From NCBI RefSeq assembly GCF_009914755.1, contig NC_060927.1: a stretch of DNA of 64,000 nucleotides; one strand, given 5' to 3'. Numbering within the stretch: the first letter of the stretch is position 1; each line of letters opens with the position of its first letter. The notes under the pieces were generated by a model that searched no databases, was not told where the DNA came from, and saw nothing but the letters and a program-made list of their open reading frames with translations. Below, piece after piece: positions 1 through 13,852 of this stretch. The position numbers were made by a program, and so were the translations under genes. The stretch is from the human T2T-CHM13v2.0 reference genome, Homo sapiens.

Positions 1-149
1 TGTATGGTTCACCCATTACTTCATTCAAGCAGAATATCACCTCCCACATCGCTGCCCCATGGGGGTGACCCCTGAGTACCCTGCGCTTTCATGGCACTGT
101 CTAGACCACCTCTTACTCTGGCTTTATTTATATGCCTAGAATGTATCAG

Positions 150-415
150 CACCCCCCAACTTTACATTGTGTATTTGTTGACTTTTGTTTGTCTATCTTC
201 CTCATTGCACTGTCTGCCCCACAAGTAGGAATATTTGTTACTTAACAGCTGCATTTCATAGAATGATGCCTGGAACATGGGCGGCCCTTGATGAATAATT
301 GTTAGACACATGAATAATTGGATGATTCTCATGCACTCCTCATAAAAACCTCATTTTCCGGAAGAGAAAATTGAGATGTTGAGGGGTTAAGTTGCTTACC
401 CAGCATCTAGCTGAG
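150..415. mobile_element. Old L2 3' end plus MIR fragment
   Basis: L2-like terminus (atgcctggaacatg...gaataattgttagacacatgaat) and MIR core (gagaaaattgagatgttgaggggttaagttgcttaccc). Recognised by eye and highly diverged. Confidence 0.5.
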
Positions 416-929
416 CGTCTAGCTGAGTGTCTGGCACTTATGTTAACACATGTCTCCATTCCCTTTTTGTCTTCTCCCACATCTCCTCACTCCTGCTAAT
501 AATAGGCTCCTTTGCACTGATTTCGCCTACATAGATTTCATCTCCATCCCAGCATTCCTAATACCCACTGCTATGCACGAGGTAGGCCTCACCCAGGCCA
601 GTGATTCAGTGTTATCAAGGGGGCAGGAGTTGGGGGCAGAATGGGTAGGACCAGAGCATCCTGACTGGGAGGAGCTGGAACATGGGCCTTGGGGCTGGAA
701 AATTGATGTCTCCCTCCCCCTGCTGCCAAAGTCCTATTGACTCCCTTGCTGAACCATCAATCTGTTTGTGAATCTGGGGGCCAAGATTGTGGAAGAGGCT
801 GCAAAGAGACAATCCATCCTACAGGTGGGGAGACTGAGCCCCATTGCAGGCCCGAGAGGCTCCAAAGGCACATAGCCAGCTAGGGGCAGAGTTGGATATG
901 AAATACTGCTAGGGCACTGGGGCAACACA

Positions 930-1135
930 CCCAGCTTTGAGTCTCGGCTCAGCCTCTTGCTGTGTGACCTTAGGAAAATGGTGAACCTCCCTTAGCCTAT
1001 TTCCGTATCTGTATGGAGATGATGATAATAATAATGCCATCTCATAGGTTACAGCAATCATATATATAACACATTCACATTTCACAGAGCAACTGGCACA
1101 TAGCATGCACTCAACACATGATAGTTATTTGATGA
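930..1135 (+). mobile_element. MIR SINE
   Basis: gctgtgtgaccttaggaaaatggtgaacctcccttagcctatttccgtatctgta...ataataatgcc is the MIR core. Confidence 0.75.
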
Positions 1136-2423
1136 TGATGATTATGGCGATAAAGATGTGTATTGGAATCCAGCCCTCTAGGATCAGAGGAATCTTAAAG
1201 ATGATCAGGGCCACTGTTTCTCAAACTACTCTGTGCATCCAAATTACTTAGGTATGAAACAGATGCCCAGGTCCCCCTCAAGACCTCCCAAGTTGGACTT
1301 CCTGGCAGAGGTGGAGGGAAGTCTATCCCATCTCCACTGAGTAGTGGCCAACTGTGCTCAAACCTCTCTCAGGGAGAGCGGCTCACTCATCCCAGGGGAG
1401 CCCCTTGCATTTGGATACAATGGTGACTGGGACACTTCTTCCTCATACCAGTGAGAAATCAGCTGATAGAGGTTAGAGGGATCAGAGAAGGGAACAGTGG
1501 GTCCCCACTGTTCTGTGGCCCTTGATTTCTCCAGCTCAGAAATGGAGTAAGGCATGCCAGCTCTAAGTCTCTGTCTCTTCAAAAGGGATCTATGGACTCC
1601 CAGGTTTCCAGAGAGGAATGCTCAGGGCTCCAAGAATGAGAATTTCAAATGGTCTTTTTTTTTTTTCATTTTAACATGAATCTAACATCCTCATATTTCA
1701 AACTATTAGGATGACCTCATTATAACTGATAACTGTCCTCTAATTAACTTTGCTGTTTGAGTTTGCATTTTTGCTTATGGTCATAAGGTTCCCAGGAAAA
1801 CCACTTTTGTGATTTGGAGCCCAGGAGAAGAAAGCAGTAATTCACTGAAGCCCCTGCCCTGTGTGAAGAAAGGGTTAGGAGGAGGTGGGCTAGAGGAAAG
1901 GGGTTGGGAGGTTTGATTCATCTCATGACAGAGGGTGATAGATGGTGCCAAATTTAATGGGCCCTACATGGTGACAATTGACACCATGATCAGGCTACAA
2001 GCTGCCACTTGGCTTCAGCAAAGTAACATTCTCTGGCATATGTCAATTATCATTCATTTAAAAGTTAGATTTTCTGGTGTTTATGTTAGTTTATATTTCA
2101 TCTGGAACTTGCAGATTTTAATAGCATAAGAGCCTACGCTTAGTTTTATGATAGTACATATCTAAGCAATGGTGTACTAAAAATTAGTTAAACCACCATT
2201 GAGTGTGTTTATTGGCCAGGGGGAGTAGTGTACAAGTTTCCCCTTTCAAGGAGCCCACATATCCCTCCAGCTTGAGAAACAAATCCCTGTTGATTTTGAA
2301 GGACCTCTGCATTCTCATGGTTTGTGAGCCCATGGATGGATCATCAGGTGGATGGGATTGTTTTAATTGAATTTGAGGTAAAGACCATTGTGAGGCCATT
2401 TTATACCAAATACCACCCGGTGA

Positions 2424-2426
<3 letters not shown>

Positions 2427-2465
<39 letters not shown>
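2427..2465. repeat. (TG)n microsatellite
   Basis: Perfect TG run seen directly. Confidence 0.98.
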
Positions 2466-2469
<4 letters not shown>

Positions 2470-2479
2470 TATGTTCTGC

Positions 2480-2640
2480 TGGCACCAGAATCCCCTGCAG
2501 GAGGGCTTGTTAATGCTCAGAGGGATGCCCACTGCCCAGGTTCACATTCAGTCCATCTGGGACTGAATGAAATGCACCCCAAAATGTGCATTTCTAACAA
2601 GTTCCCAGGTGATGCTGATGGCCACCCTTAGAGATCCAGA
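2480..2640. mobile_element. MER5A (hAT-Charlie) fragment
   Basis: tgcatttctaacaagttcccaggtgatgctgatg is the MER5A signature. Confidence 0.75.
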
Positions 2641-3719
2641 AGATCATCATCTGTGGGCTGGGAGGCAGGACTCAGGTCCACTGGCCTCTGTCCAGCCTGC
2701 TCTGGAATCCTGGGTAAGCCCCTTGTTCTGGGTGAGCCTCTGGACTCCCTACTTCCCATTCCTGCAATAAGAAGCTGGGACAAGTCTAGTGCCTCATCCA
2801 GGAGCAAGCATAAGCTCTGACACCTGGTTTGCCATTCGGAGTCTAAAGCCTGGTGTCTTATCAGTGAAGTTTCATGTCCACCCAGGAAGCCCCTGGAGCA
2901 GGAGGGCAGTGGCAGTCTTAGCTCCCTGCTTTGGGGAGACAAGCTGCGGAAACAGAAAGGCACACTCCCACTCCAAATCCCATCTCTGGCCCTGTGACCT
3001 TGTGCAAGTGACTGGTCTCCAGGGCTTCCCCTCATGTTGTAGGGTCACTGAGAAGTCCCTTCTGGAAAGCACCTGGATCTGGTGGGCCCTCTCAGACTCA
3101 TCTGTGCGCTCCCAGCCACACTTTGCCTCACCGGCCGCTGGCCATCTGCCCGTGGGCTCCTGGTCACCTCGGGAGGAGAGCACTTATCACCATTCCACCC
3201 CCAAGGTCTTCCTCAGGATAATCTCCGGCCCGGGTGATTCATCTCATGGGCTGGGCCCTTCCTCTCGGGCCTGAAATATCTCCCTCCCCTCACCATTCCT
3301 GGGTCATGCCTGTGCCCCCAGCCATGTGACTTCCTCTGGGGACTGGCCCTGGGCCCCTGCCCTCCTGCCACCCCTCCACTCTCTAGCTAGCGACCCATTC
3401 TGGGCCTGCCATATCAGGCAGGGCTCAGCTGGGAGGGAGGAAGCCCACAGCTTGTTGTGCTGGGGAAAAAGTGCATCCCCACGTCCGGCCCCCACCCTGG
3501 CCCAGCCACACCTCTGCCTTTAGTGGGCTGGGCTTCCGGCACACATCCTGGCATGTCCTGGCCTGTTTATCACTTAGTTGCCACCTGGCGCTCTGCCCCT
3601 CATGCACACACATTCCCTGGGAGGCTTCTGGGGCTGGAGCAGAGTGGTTGGCCAGTATATCCCCCAGCTTTAGGGAGGCTGCCTTTCTCTGGAGCTAAGG
3701 ATGGCTTTTTGGAGAAGAC

Positions 3720-4200
3720 AGATCTGATCATATATCCCAGTTTCACTGTGGAATTACTGTGTGACTTTAGGCAAGTGAGTCTGCATCTCTGGGTCTTAGT
3801 TTCTCTGATTTTTAAATAGAAAGATAAATACCTTCATCTCCAGTTGTTGTGTGGATTAAATAAGATAATTACAAACAGACTGATGCTTGAACCCTACCTC
3901 CAACCACTTAAATCAGAATCTCTGTGGAGCATATAAAAAGCTTTCAGGGAGGTTCTAAGACACAGCCATGGATGGAACCCACTAGTATGGAATAGTTAAT
4001 GGCTGAAGCTCTGGACTAGACCAACATGGATTTGAATTCTGGATCTGTTACATAATTATGGAGCCTTGATAGATTATTAGCCTCTCAGAGCTTCTGTTTA
4101 CTTGTGTGTAGGATGGGGATAATAGTAATTACTTCCTAGTACTGTTATGAACATTAAATGAAGTAATAGATACTAGGTACTTTGCACACAGTGACTATTC
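3720..4200. mobile_element. MIR / MER5 / MIR cluster
   Basis: MIR cores (tgtgtgactttaggcaagt...; cctctcagagcttctgtttac...) flank a MER5-like piece (aatcagaatctctgtggagc). Confidence 0.6.
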
Positions 4201-4384
4201 CCTAAGTAAGTCAGGTGAGGAGAGGACAAGCCCTTCGTTCACCAGTTTACACAAGGCAGCTGGCTCTGTGCCTGGTCCCTCGATGGTACTTCAAATGAAT
4301 ATCTGTAAATGACTAAGTGTAGCTGTTTTCATTATTGTAGACTAAAAAGTAGTGAAAAATCTCAATTATCCTGAAGATAAACTT

Positions 4385-4710
4385 TTTCTGTCTTGTGACT
4401 GACTTTAGAAACTACATCTCCCAGCATCCTTTGCAGCTAGGGGCAGCCATGACTTTGTTCTGTTGAAAGAGATGTAGGTGGAAGCCCCTGGGCTTTCAGT
4501 TCCTTGAGTTTCCCCTTCCTCTGGCAGCCATCTTGAGAAGGACGGCCAAATGGAAAACAAGAAGGGACACGATGGCATGGTTGAGCTGCCATAGCAGCCC
4601 CGCAGCCTGCCTCTGGGCTTTTTTTTTTTAAGTGACAGAAAAATCTATTATTGTTTAGGCCTCTGGGTTGGGGGATTTTTGTTTCTAGTGGAAGAAAAAC
4701 AGATGCATTG
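4385..4710. mobile_element. Old MLT1 (MaLR) LTR fragment
   Basis: aactacatctcccagcatcctttgcagctagg and ttgtttaggcctctg... match old MLT1 subfamilies. Confidence 0.55.
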
Positions 4711-5144
4711 GGCCTCCTCATTGTCCTACTTTCTGTTCTTAGTCCTCCGTGTCCAAAAAAATCTAGAACCAGTCACCTGAATCACTAATTCCTTCTTTAG
4801 ATCTCTAGGGCTGGGTTAGAGGCACTACAGGAAACCTGTCCAACCCTTAATCTGACCCCTTGAGGCAGAGTTAGCCCCGAGTCCTGTCCAGGCTCCTCTG
4901 GCAGCCCCAGAAAGTTCAAGAAGAGAGAGTGACTCCCTCCTTCCCTAGATGCCAATACCCAAGTCCAAAATCTCACAGCTGCCATGGGTCTCCTGAGCTC
5001 TCCCTCTGGAGAGGCAAATATTTGTCAGAATCTTGGCTCTGCACTGATTTGCCATGGGCAATGTGACTTTGAACAAGCCTTAATGTTCCTATCCATAAGG
5101 TGGGTCTATGGCAATCAAGAGATAAATCTAAATAAGAAATTCAG

Positions 5145-5446
5145 AAAGGGACACAGTGGCTCTTGCCTGTAATCCCAACACTTTGGAAGGCCGAGGAGGG
5201 CAGATCACTTGAGGCCAGGAGTTCAAGACCAGCCTGGCCAACATGGTGAAACCCCATCTCTACAAAAAAAAAAAAATTAACCGGGTGTGGTGGTGCATGC
5301 CTGTAATCCCAGTTACTCAAGAGGCTGTGGCATGAGAATCGCTTGAACCCAGGAGGCAGAGGTTGCAGTGAGCTGAGATCATGCCACTGGCACTCTGGCC
5401 TGGGTGACAGACCCAGACTCTGTCTCAAAAAAAAAAAAAAAAAAAA
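5145..5446 (+). mobile_element. Alu (S-type)
   Basis: Full dimer with A-rich linker and poly(A) tail. Confidence 0.95.
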
Positions 5447-5595
5447 GAAACTAGGAAAGGGAAAAGTCAATGTATGACTAGAGGTGAGCAATGCTAACAA
5501 ACCAACCCAGAACTACGATTAAATATTCAAGGGAAGGGAGGTGGCAGAATATTACAAGGTCTGTGAATATTACAGACCTTGGCATTATAAAATCA

Positions 5596-5999
<404 letters not shown>

Positions 6000-7419
6000 T
6001 CATAACAGGGAAAAATAAATGCTAGGATTTAAACATGTAATTTAGCGGGGAGATGGCCCCTAATCTCTTAATGTTCTCCACAAACCTGGAGTGATCTTGT
6101 AAAAAATACTCATTTTGCTAACAAATCGAATATGTAAAGTTAACAACTGCTTTTATTTCACTCAAATTTCCTTTCCTTTGGTTAAATTCATATGGAAATA
6201 TGCTTCATGTATTTTATTTTTTAAATTGACATATACAGTATAATCTCATTTTAATAAAATTCCTTTCCTTCCTTCCTTGCACACTGCCTCTCTTCTTTCC
6301 TTCCTGTTACCCATCCTCCCTCTCTTACGTCTCCCATCCTTTCTTCCACTCCCACTCCACCTTCCAAATATATACCTAGACAAACATCTGGAATGATGTT
6401 GCCTAATATTAATTCTAGGGTTTGGGGAACTAGGGTTTGTAATGATTGCCCTCCTCTCTCCATTTTGGCAACATTTTGCTATATAGCTTGAATGGTTTAT
6501 AAAAGCACTTATCATTTTAATAAAGACAATATAATACTTTTTTCCAAAAAATTATTCGTATCAATTTTATGGGGTTCTCTTGAGCACTGAATGACATGAC
6601 CAGGAAAGCACCTGGCACACTGTGGCAAGCACAAGTCCAAGATGGCCCCGAGATTTCTTTCCAGTGATTTACATGCCCTGTACATGCTGGTCCTTCTACC
6701 TGGAATGTTCTTTCCTTCTCCCTTTAGCAAATTTCTACTCATCCTTCAGGACCTAGTTCAACGTGAAGAAGTTCCTGACACCTACACCCAGCCAATCAGA
6801 CCCTCTCTCTGGAGACTTAACGGGGACAGCAGAAAGGGTTAGCGTGCATTCACATAGCAGCAGTGTCCAAGGGTAACTGTTTAGAGGTCTTTGGCACCAA
6901 GACTACCTGGCACAGCCCAACTCTTGCTTTATTGAACCTTGTCTTCAGGCTTCCTGTATTCCACCACCTTCCCGGTATCCTTCCAACAAATTGTTTTTAT
7001 TTAAAGTGGCTAAGTCAGTTTCTGCAGCTTGCAAGTTAAGTACCCAACTGTTGCCCTGTCTCCCCAACATTGAGTTCCAGGCCCTCAGAAGTTTGTGGAA
7101 TGAATTGAAGTCATGCGGAGGGTCATTGTAACAGGCCATCCTTCCTGCGACCCAACCTCCTGAAGGATGGGACAGGAGACAGATACCTGTGCTGCCTCTG
7201 TGAGATGTCTGGAGCTGGAGGGCAAGGCACACACGGACAGTTCTTGCTTGCCAAGGAGCTCTGCCCATCTTAGGGAGGGGAAACGGCTCCAGAGGCTAGA
7301 CCACGTGCTCAACGCCACACAGCCAGCGGAAAAAGCAGAGGGCCAGGCGTTTTTGCAAACATGCTGGTTTAATCCTCTGTGTGCGCCTCCATACACAGGG
7401 TCCTGACCTCGCTGTCCGC

Positions 7420-8750
7420 TCACTCGGGTGTCCCTTGCGTCCACACTCCGCCTTACACACAAAGGGCTCTCAACAAGTGCTCACTGGCCCCTAATCCTCC
7501 CGCCGGGCCCGGGAGAGCAGAATTAGCAACAGCTGCATTTTGCAGATGGGGAGACTCAGATGTGCGAGGGCTACCCCAGGGCATCCAGGTGTGATGTGGG
7601 GGTCCCGAGACGCGTCGCCAAGTCAAGATACCCCGGAGCTCAGTTCGTTCCTCAGCCTGAGCGGTGCCCACGATGATGGAAGACTTTGCAAGACCCCTCC
7701 TGGGTCGTTTCGAACCGAGCTGCCCTAGAGCTGTCGGGTAGGTGAGGGGGAGACAGGTGCACGAGCTGACCTCGTAGGTGACCGAAGAAGGGGAGGGAAG
7801 CAGGCCCGATGGAGCCGACCTGTACCCGACGCAACCCGCTGTGGGCCGAAACGGGAGCTAAGCCAGATGGAACAAACGACCCCCAACCCGAGCCCGGCGG
7901 GGCGAACAGGACATCCCGCGTTGTTCCACCTGCCAAAGAGGGCGAGCGCGCGGGCCGATCGGAGCAGAGCGAGAGGGCGGGGCCAAGCGGAGCGGATGGG
8001 GCCAAGTGGACGAGCCGAGGGAGTGGGGCGCAGCCGAAAGTAGCCGAGTGAAGCCGAACAGAGACGAGGCGCGGGTCGGGTGGTGCCAAGCGGAAATGAG
8101 TGGGGCCGAGCGGGGCAGGGTGGAGCCGAGCGGAGCCGGGTGGAGCCGAGCGGAGCCGAGCGAGTGAGAAGCCGGAGGCCGAGAGGGCCCGGCCGACTTG
8201 AAGAGGTGGGGATTGCTGAGGGCTGGTCTGTCGGCTCTGGAAATCCTGTCATACTGTCACTTTTGGATTCCGCCGTTTCCGTCCCAACGGAAAACTGGGG
8301 CTCCTGGATTCCCCTGACCCGAGTTGTAACCACCGACGAGAATCTTTTTCACTGGCGGCCTCGGCGTCGGCATTTTATAAAATGAGAGCGGGGAGGGCGG
8401 CCGAAGACGAGTGTGCGGAGCCTTAGGCCCCCCGCTCGGGTCCGCTTTTCGTATATTCGGGTAGGATCGGATGTGGTGTCTTCCGTTGAAGTCCCTCGGC
8501 TCCAGTTCACCTGGGAGCGGGTGGGGGTTCTGGGGAATGTCACTTTAAAGACTTTGCTTTTGGGGAACGGTCCTGGCGCCTCCTGTGTAGATGCTGTCAC
8601 TTGAGGTCTAGAAAGGGTCAGTGCGTGACGCAACGGACGCCGGGGAAGCCTGGTCTGGATCCCGAAGTCCAGCTCGTTTACCTGCAACAGGCTGGAGGTC
8701 CCTGCAGCCTGGCTGTGAAGGAATTTTACCCGGGGGGCTGCGCCTCTGCC
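7420..8750. promoter_or_regulatory. CpG island 1, putative promoter
   Basis: Sharp rise in CpG and GC content; GC boxes (gggcggg, gagggcgg); YY1-like cggcatttt near 8368; candidate donor CGG|GTAGGA at 8460/8461. Confidence 0.8.
7960..8190. repeat. Degenerate 10-bp GC-rich tandem repeat (GGAGCCGAGC)
   Basis: tggagccgag cggagccggg tggagccgag cggagccgag at 8121-8160, with looser copies upstream. Confidence 0.85.
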
Positions 8751-10883
8751 CTTACCAGGGCAACCTCACTGAGCCCCACTGTTTATATCTGTAAGATGAG
8801 GAAAGCGATGCCTTCCTCTCAGGCTGCTGTGCAGCTGGATGGGGTGGGGGCTCTGTATTTTGACAGTGTTATCATGTAGTCATATATGGAAAAAATGTCC
8901 TTTTATTTTAAAATAAAAACATTTAGGTACCAGGCACTGTTCTAGGCAGTGGGGATATAGACGTGAACAAATCAACCAGTAATGCCTGCATACATTCTAG
9001 TAGGAGCTGCTGATCCAGTGGTTTGGCACAAGACTTCAGGCAGTGAACATGGGCATGAAGCACTGAGCCCTTAGGTATCTGAGCCGTTGTCACCCACCGT
9101 GCCTGTGTGCTTACTGCTGAATTGCTCTAAAACACAGATCTGATCATGTGGCTTAGTTGCCAGCGCCTGTGAGATAAAGACCGTCAGGAGCGGGCCCTAG
9201 CCTACTTTTCCAGTTGCATCTCCCCATCCCTTCTGTAAATTTTCAGGAACACCTGGCCACTCACTCTTCCCAGTACATTCCTCTGCTGTGTATTTTCTAA
9301 GTGCTGAGCTCAATGTTAGACACGAGATGGCGCCAGAACTGTACTGAAGGCTTTCTCTAATGGCCGCGGAGTACTCCCCTACCTGTTAACTGGCTTGGTT
9401 ATTGGAACCTTTAGAAAGCCCCTTAGCATTTGTTTTATAGACAGCCCATATATTTTTTAGTATAATTCTCAATGAATTTTATGTATTGAATAAATTTTCT
9501 AGATATAAAAAGGAAGGGGAATATTATGAAACTTACTGCCCCAAGGGTTTCGGTACCATCATCTACTCCTCAGAGAGCAAGCCAGGCCGTTTTACTCAGA
9601 AGCTCATTAAGGTTCCTAATTCACTCACAATCTCTTCCTACAGTGTTGTTGCCGGGATGCTTTAGGGAACTTGGCCAAGGTAGGGGAAATTCCCTTCTCT
9701 TGGTTGGGCTCTGATTTTTTAAACCAAGAATGATTTTTGTAAACCAAAAATTTGGGGAAATTTCCCCCAAAGTCCCATTTTCTCCCCAAGCTAGTATTAG
9801 GTAAAAATCAGATATTACCTGCCCTGGTTTCTCAGCAAAATTTATTTGAAATGTGTGAGATTGCAGGCACCTCCCCATCTGAGGAGAGGCCACGAAATGG
9901 AATTTCATCCAAAATTAAAACAGATGTGACCTGGTCTCTGCTGGCATCCTTTATAGATGAGTTTCCTACAAAGACAATCTGTTGGGGTGGGGAAAAATCT
10001 TAGAACGATAGAAGTAGTTAGTATTTCACCTCACTTTTTAAAATTTGTATTTGTGGCCGTGTAATGTAGTGTACACTATGAGTCAGTTGTATACATCAAG
10101 CCTGTGTTTTTCCATGACGAAAAGATTGCTAGAGGACAAATGCCAAGAGCTTTGTTGGTTTTCCCAGGATCTTCTAGCCAAAGGGGAATCACTGGAACCT
10201 GAAGGGACCTCTCTAGGAATGTCTTCTGTAGGTTTTGTCTTTTCACATCTCAGCCTCAGTTTCTTCATCTATAAAATGGTACTCACAATGCCTTCTTCAT
10301 GGAGTTGTGAGAACACAGTGAGATCTTGTGTGTAAAAAGGCTTTGAAAGCTGTGATGCCGGGGCAGGATAAACAGGGCTCCTGTTAGACCACACAGCCAT
10401 CTTTGGGCATGGTGGAAATGGCACCCCTTTCTCCTGGTGGATCCAAACCCGTGACAGGGTACATGACTTGGTGAGTTGAGCCTTACCGGATTTCAGTCCC
10501 ACTTGCCCATTTGACCAGGCACCCTAAGGCAAAGTCTGCACAGGGTTGTGACAACACTGTGGATCAAGTCCAAGTTCATACAGAGGAGCCTACCCTGACT
10601 GCCTCTCCCCTTCCCACACCCTGTGTTTCTACCAAACTGAAGCCATCAGTGTTTTGAAAGCAAAAGATCATTTCACCCCTCTGTGCCCTTGCATGTACCT
10701 TCCCTTACTCTAGGTGCTCTTGGTGAACTCCCACTCAGTCGTTAAGACCCCACTTAAGCAAGTCTTCAAGTCTATCTCATTTGATAACTTCTCCTTTTAT
10801 GTCCCTCCTCTTCTTCCATCTGAGTACACTCCTCTATCCTAGCCATGACGCAATTATCTTTTCTGTTCTGCTTCTTCTGCTAG

Positions 10884-10937
10884 TTTTGGACAAAGATGAA
10901 GAAACAAATCTAGAGACTGGATGACCTTGGATCTCAG
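10884..10937 (+). other. Candidate 54-nt exon
   Basis: Long pyrimidine tract ending ctgctag| at 10883 and consensus donor CAG|GTAAGT at 10937/10938; lies between CpG island 1 and the ZNF fossil. Confidence 0.45.
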
Positions 10938-11414
10938 GTAAGTCCATCTTCAGCATGTGAGCTTGTTAACACAGCAGTTTCTTGTGAAGAGCGGTCACTC
11001 TGGGAAGAAATTGCCAGACTGTGGAGCTGCTCAAGGCCAGACAGCATGATTTATTCACCTCTTGGTGCCTGGCTTGCACCATGCCCAGGGCCTGACTGTT
11101 GGGTGCTGGTAAGTAACTGTGGACTGATTTACTGACTGTGTCTCATAATTGCCTTCCTGCCCTAGCTGTGAACCAAAGCCGTGGAGATGAAGGAACTCTG
11201 GGAGTGAGTGAGGGAAGAGCAGTTGGTATACAGACAGGGTGTTCCAGCTGCAAGAGGAGGGGAATGCAGGAATTGTCTTTTAAATTTGTTATCTGCACCT
11301 GAACTACACGTATTCTTTATCCTTGTGAAAAATAAAAATAATTGCAGATTAGGCTGAAATCCAGCCTTCACAGAGGTATCTGCTGTTCTAAGTGGATCAA
11401 TGTCTGCATGTGGT

Positions 11415-11790
11415 TTATATGTCTATTAGTATACATGCTAGCTGCAGTGCCAGAAAAGCTTCCAAATCTCAGTTGCTTAACACAAAAAAGTTTATCTCTT
11501 GCTCAACACACAGTGTGATGTGGTCGGGAGGTGACTCTGGGCAGCTGTTCCAGAAGGTGTCTCAGGGTCTAGGCTCAAAGTAATGCTCATCCCTTGCTTC
11601 TAACCTGTGGCAGGAAGATTGAGTGGGACATTTTAGGGGCTCAGCTAGAGGTAGCATATACTGAGTGTTGCATATTCCAACAGCCAGGACTCAGTCACAC
11701 TGTCTTAAAGTAACTGCAAAGGAGACTGGGAAATGTAGTATTCTTATGTGGGGAAGATTTGTGAGCATCAAGCAGATCTTGCCACAATAG
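11415..11790. mobile_element. Old MLT1 LTR
   Basis: aaatctcagttgcttaacacaaaaaagtttatctcttgctca ... aactgcaaaggagactgggaaatgtagt. Confidence 0.65.
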
Positions 11791-11839
11791 TCATGCCTAT
11801 CAATAGGTTATATATTGTATTACATGATGGCATGAGTAG

Positions 11840-12620
11840 GCAGTAGAATAAAAGTGGTTGAATTTTGGATATACATTATTTTGGCTGTAGAGTAGGCAGG
11901 GCTTACTGATGGATATACATGGGGGATAAAGGATAAAAGAAACCAAATCTGATTCCTGAGTTTTGGCATGTGCAACATGGGGGTTTGTAACACTGGATTC
12001 TTGACAGAGAGGAAAAGAGACTTGGAGCAGGAAAAGTATTATTGGTGTTTTTTTTGTTTTGTTTTGTTTTGTTTTGGTGGGAGGAGTTCTATTTTTCCAT
12101 TGTTAAGTTTGAATTGCCTATTAGATATTCATGTGGAGAGGTCTGCAAGCCACAGGAGAAGACAGGGAAGTAGATCTACATTTGGGAGGCATAGGCATGT
12201 GGACAATATTGAATGCCAGGAAGAGGGTGCAGATAGAGAAGCATGGAGAGCCTTTCTGTGAGTCCTGGGGCACATCAATATCTAGAGATGGAGCAGAGGA
12301 GAAGTCTATGACAGAGATAGAAAAGAACATCCAGTTAGGTAGATGGAAAACGAGGTAAATGTAATGACATGGATATCTGAGAAGAGATGATTTCAAGAAG
12401 AAAGGTGGGGCCACCTTGCATTGAAGACCACTAAGAAAGTGAGCAGGAGAGTGACTAAGAGGGAACCATTAGTTTTGGCACCATGAATGTTACTTGAGGC
12501 TCTCAGTGGAACCAGTGTCCTTTCCTTCAGATGCAGGAAACAGAAGCCAGTTGGATGCATTCTGGGAGAATAGGAGTTGAGGAAATGGAGGCAACAACCA
12601 TAGATAGATACTTTTTATGA
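11840..12620 (-). mobile_element. L2 LINE fragment
   Basis: gttaagtttgaattgcctattagatattcatgtggagag and similar purine-rich segments typical of antisense L2. Confidence 0.6.
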
Positions 12621-12828
12621 CTAAAGAGAATGAGATGAAAGGATACCCACCCAGGGTATTAACACTGGTGGGCTCTGAGATATGGGATCAGGCTCATTCA
12701 GGAAAGTCTGTATATTGTTCTCATTTGTGGCCACTGAACTCTCTGTTTTGCTACCATGCAAATCAGCTATGAATTGGAGATATATTTTTTTAAAGTATAG
12801 AACTAAGACTCTTGGACTGCTGAGGGGC

Positions 12829-12830
<2 letters not shown>

Positions 12831-12877
<47 letters not shown>
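12831..12877. repeat. (TG)n microsatellite
   Basis: Perfect TG run. Confidence 0.98.
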
Positions 12878-12878
<1 letters not shown>

Positions 12879-13852
12879 TAGGCATGCTCTCAACACTTGG
12901 AGAGGCAGTTCATGACCCTGTCTTAGATTTTACTTCTGGCTCGTGCAGAGCTTCCTGGACAGCCTCAGGTGAGAACCTAGGGCCTTGTCATGTCTTTCCT
13001 AGCATACTTATAGTCCTGAGTATGCATGCTATTCCTATGCATGCTTAAAGCCCCCCATGGACACTTTGTTCCCTGGATTTTACTTTTTAAAAGCTTTTTT
13101 GGTTAGCTTGTTATTTGATCCACTCTTATCACTACCTCAGGCAGCTGCAGTATTAAACACTTGCCATTGATGATTTTTGATGAATGCCTGTGGAGAAAAG
13201 GCCTTTCACACTGCAGGAAATCTGAGTGAGGTAAAATAAAGAGAAGACCTTTGAGTGGCGCTTTCTTAGGAAGCTCCAGATTAAATAAGGACAGTTGTCT
13301 AGGATTGGGGTGTTGGATGTTTCAACCTGTTCTTCCTCTCCAGTAGCTGCTAGGTTGCAGATTTTAACTATGATTACTGATTTTTGATTTTCAAAGGTGC
13401 TGTGCAGTTGGGATAAAGTGAGTAAGAATAGAGCAATTTATATGCCAAAAGAAATGCTGTCCTTACCAATATTCAGCCATTTTCTTGAATAAATGCTCTC
13501 TGGATTATTATAAGATTTTGGTTAATTTCTAGAGTTCTGAAAGACTTGATTTCAATAATTATTGCCTGTGTTCCCATTGCTTTTATGGAGTAGGGGAGTT
13601 TTGGAGGTCCTTATTCTGCCATTCCCTTCTGACATCACTCTAGCTGCTATTTCTAGTAACTCCGTTTCCTGTCCAGTCCTCTTTGTGCTTACTCTCTGTT
13701 CTATATACTTTCTCTTTCATCTTTTCATCTTCCTTCTGATTATTTTATTGGCTTTCTGCATAATGCAAGATCATGTTTGAAATTACTCAAATGTTATCTT
13801 CCCTGAATTGTTTATTTCTGCACCAGTTGTCTTACAATGAGTACTTTTTCAG

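Noticed and set aside
450-3819. Short ORFs in the first 4 kb, including the 161-aa ORF at 2789
   Set aside because: No recognisable domains, overlapping on both strands and interleaved with MIR/MER5; consistent with chance ORFs.
7652-8687. Long Pro/Arg/Gly-rich ORFs up to 202 aa
   Set aside because: Expected from stop-codon scarcity in a CpG island and the 10-bp repeat.
10160-11215. Possible KRAB-A (ctggaacctgaagggacctctctagg) and KRAB-B (aaagccgtggagatgaagg...gtgagtgag) remnants
   Set aside because: Similarity is too weak to call by eye, and the KRAB-A candidate lies upstream of the small exon; needs an HMM search.
13185-13220. tgtggagaaaaggcctttcac as a zinc-finger linker
   Set aside because: Context looks like an old L1M-type fragment and has no Cys/His spacing.
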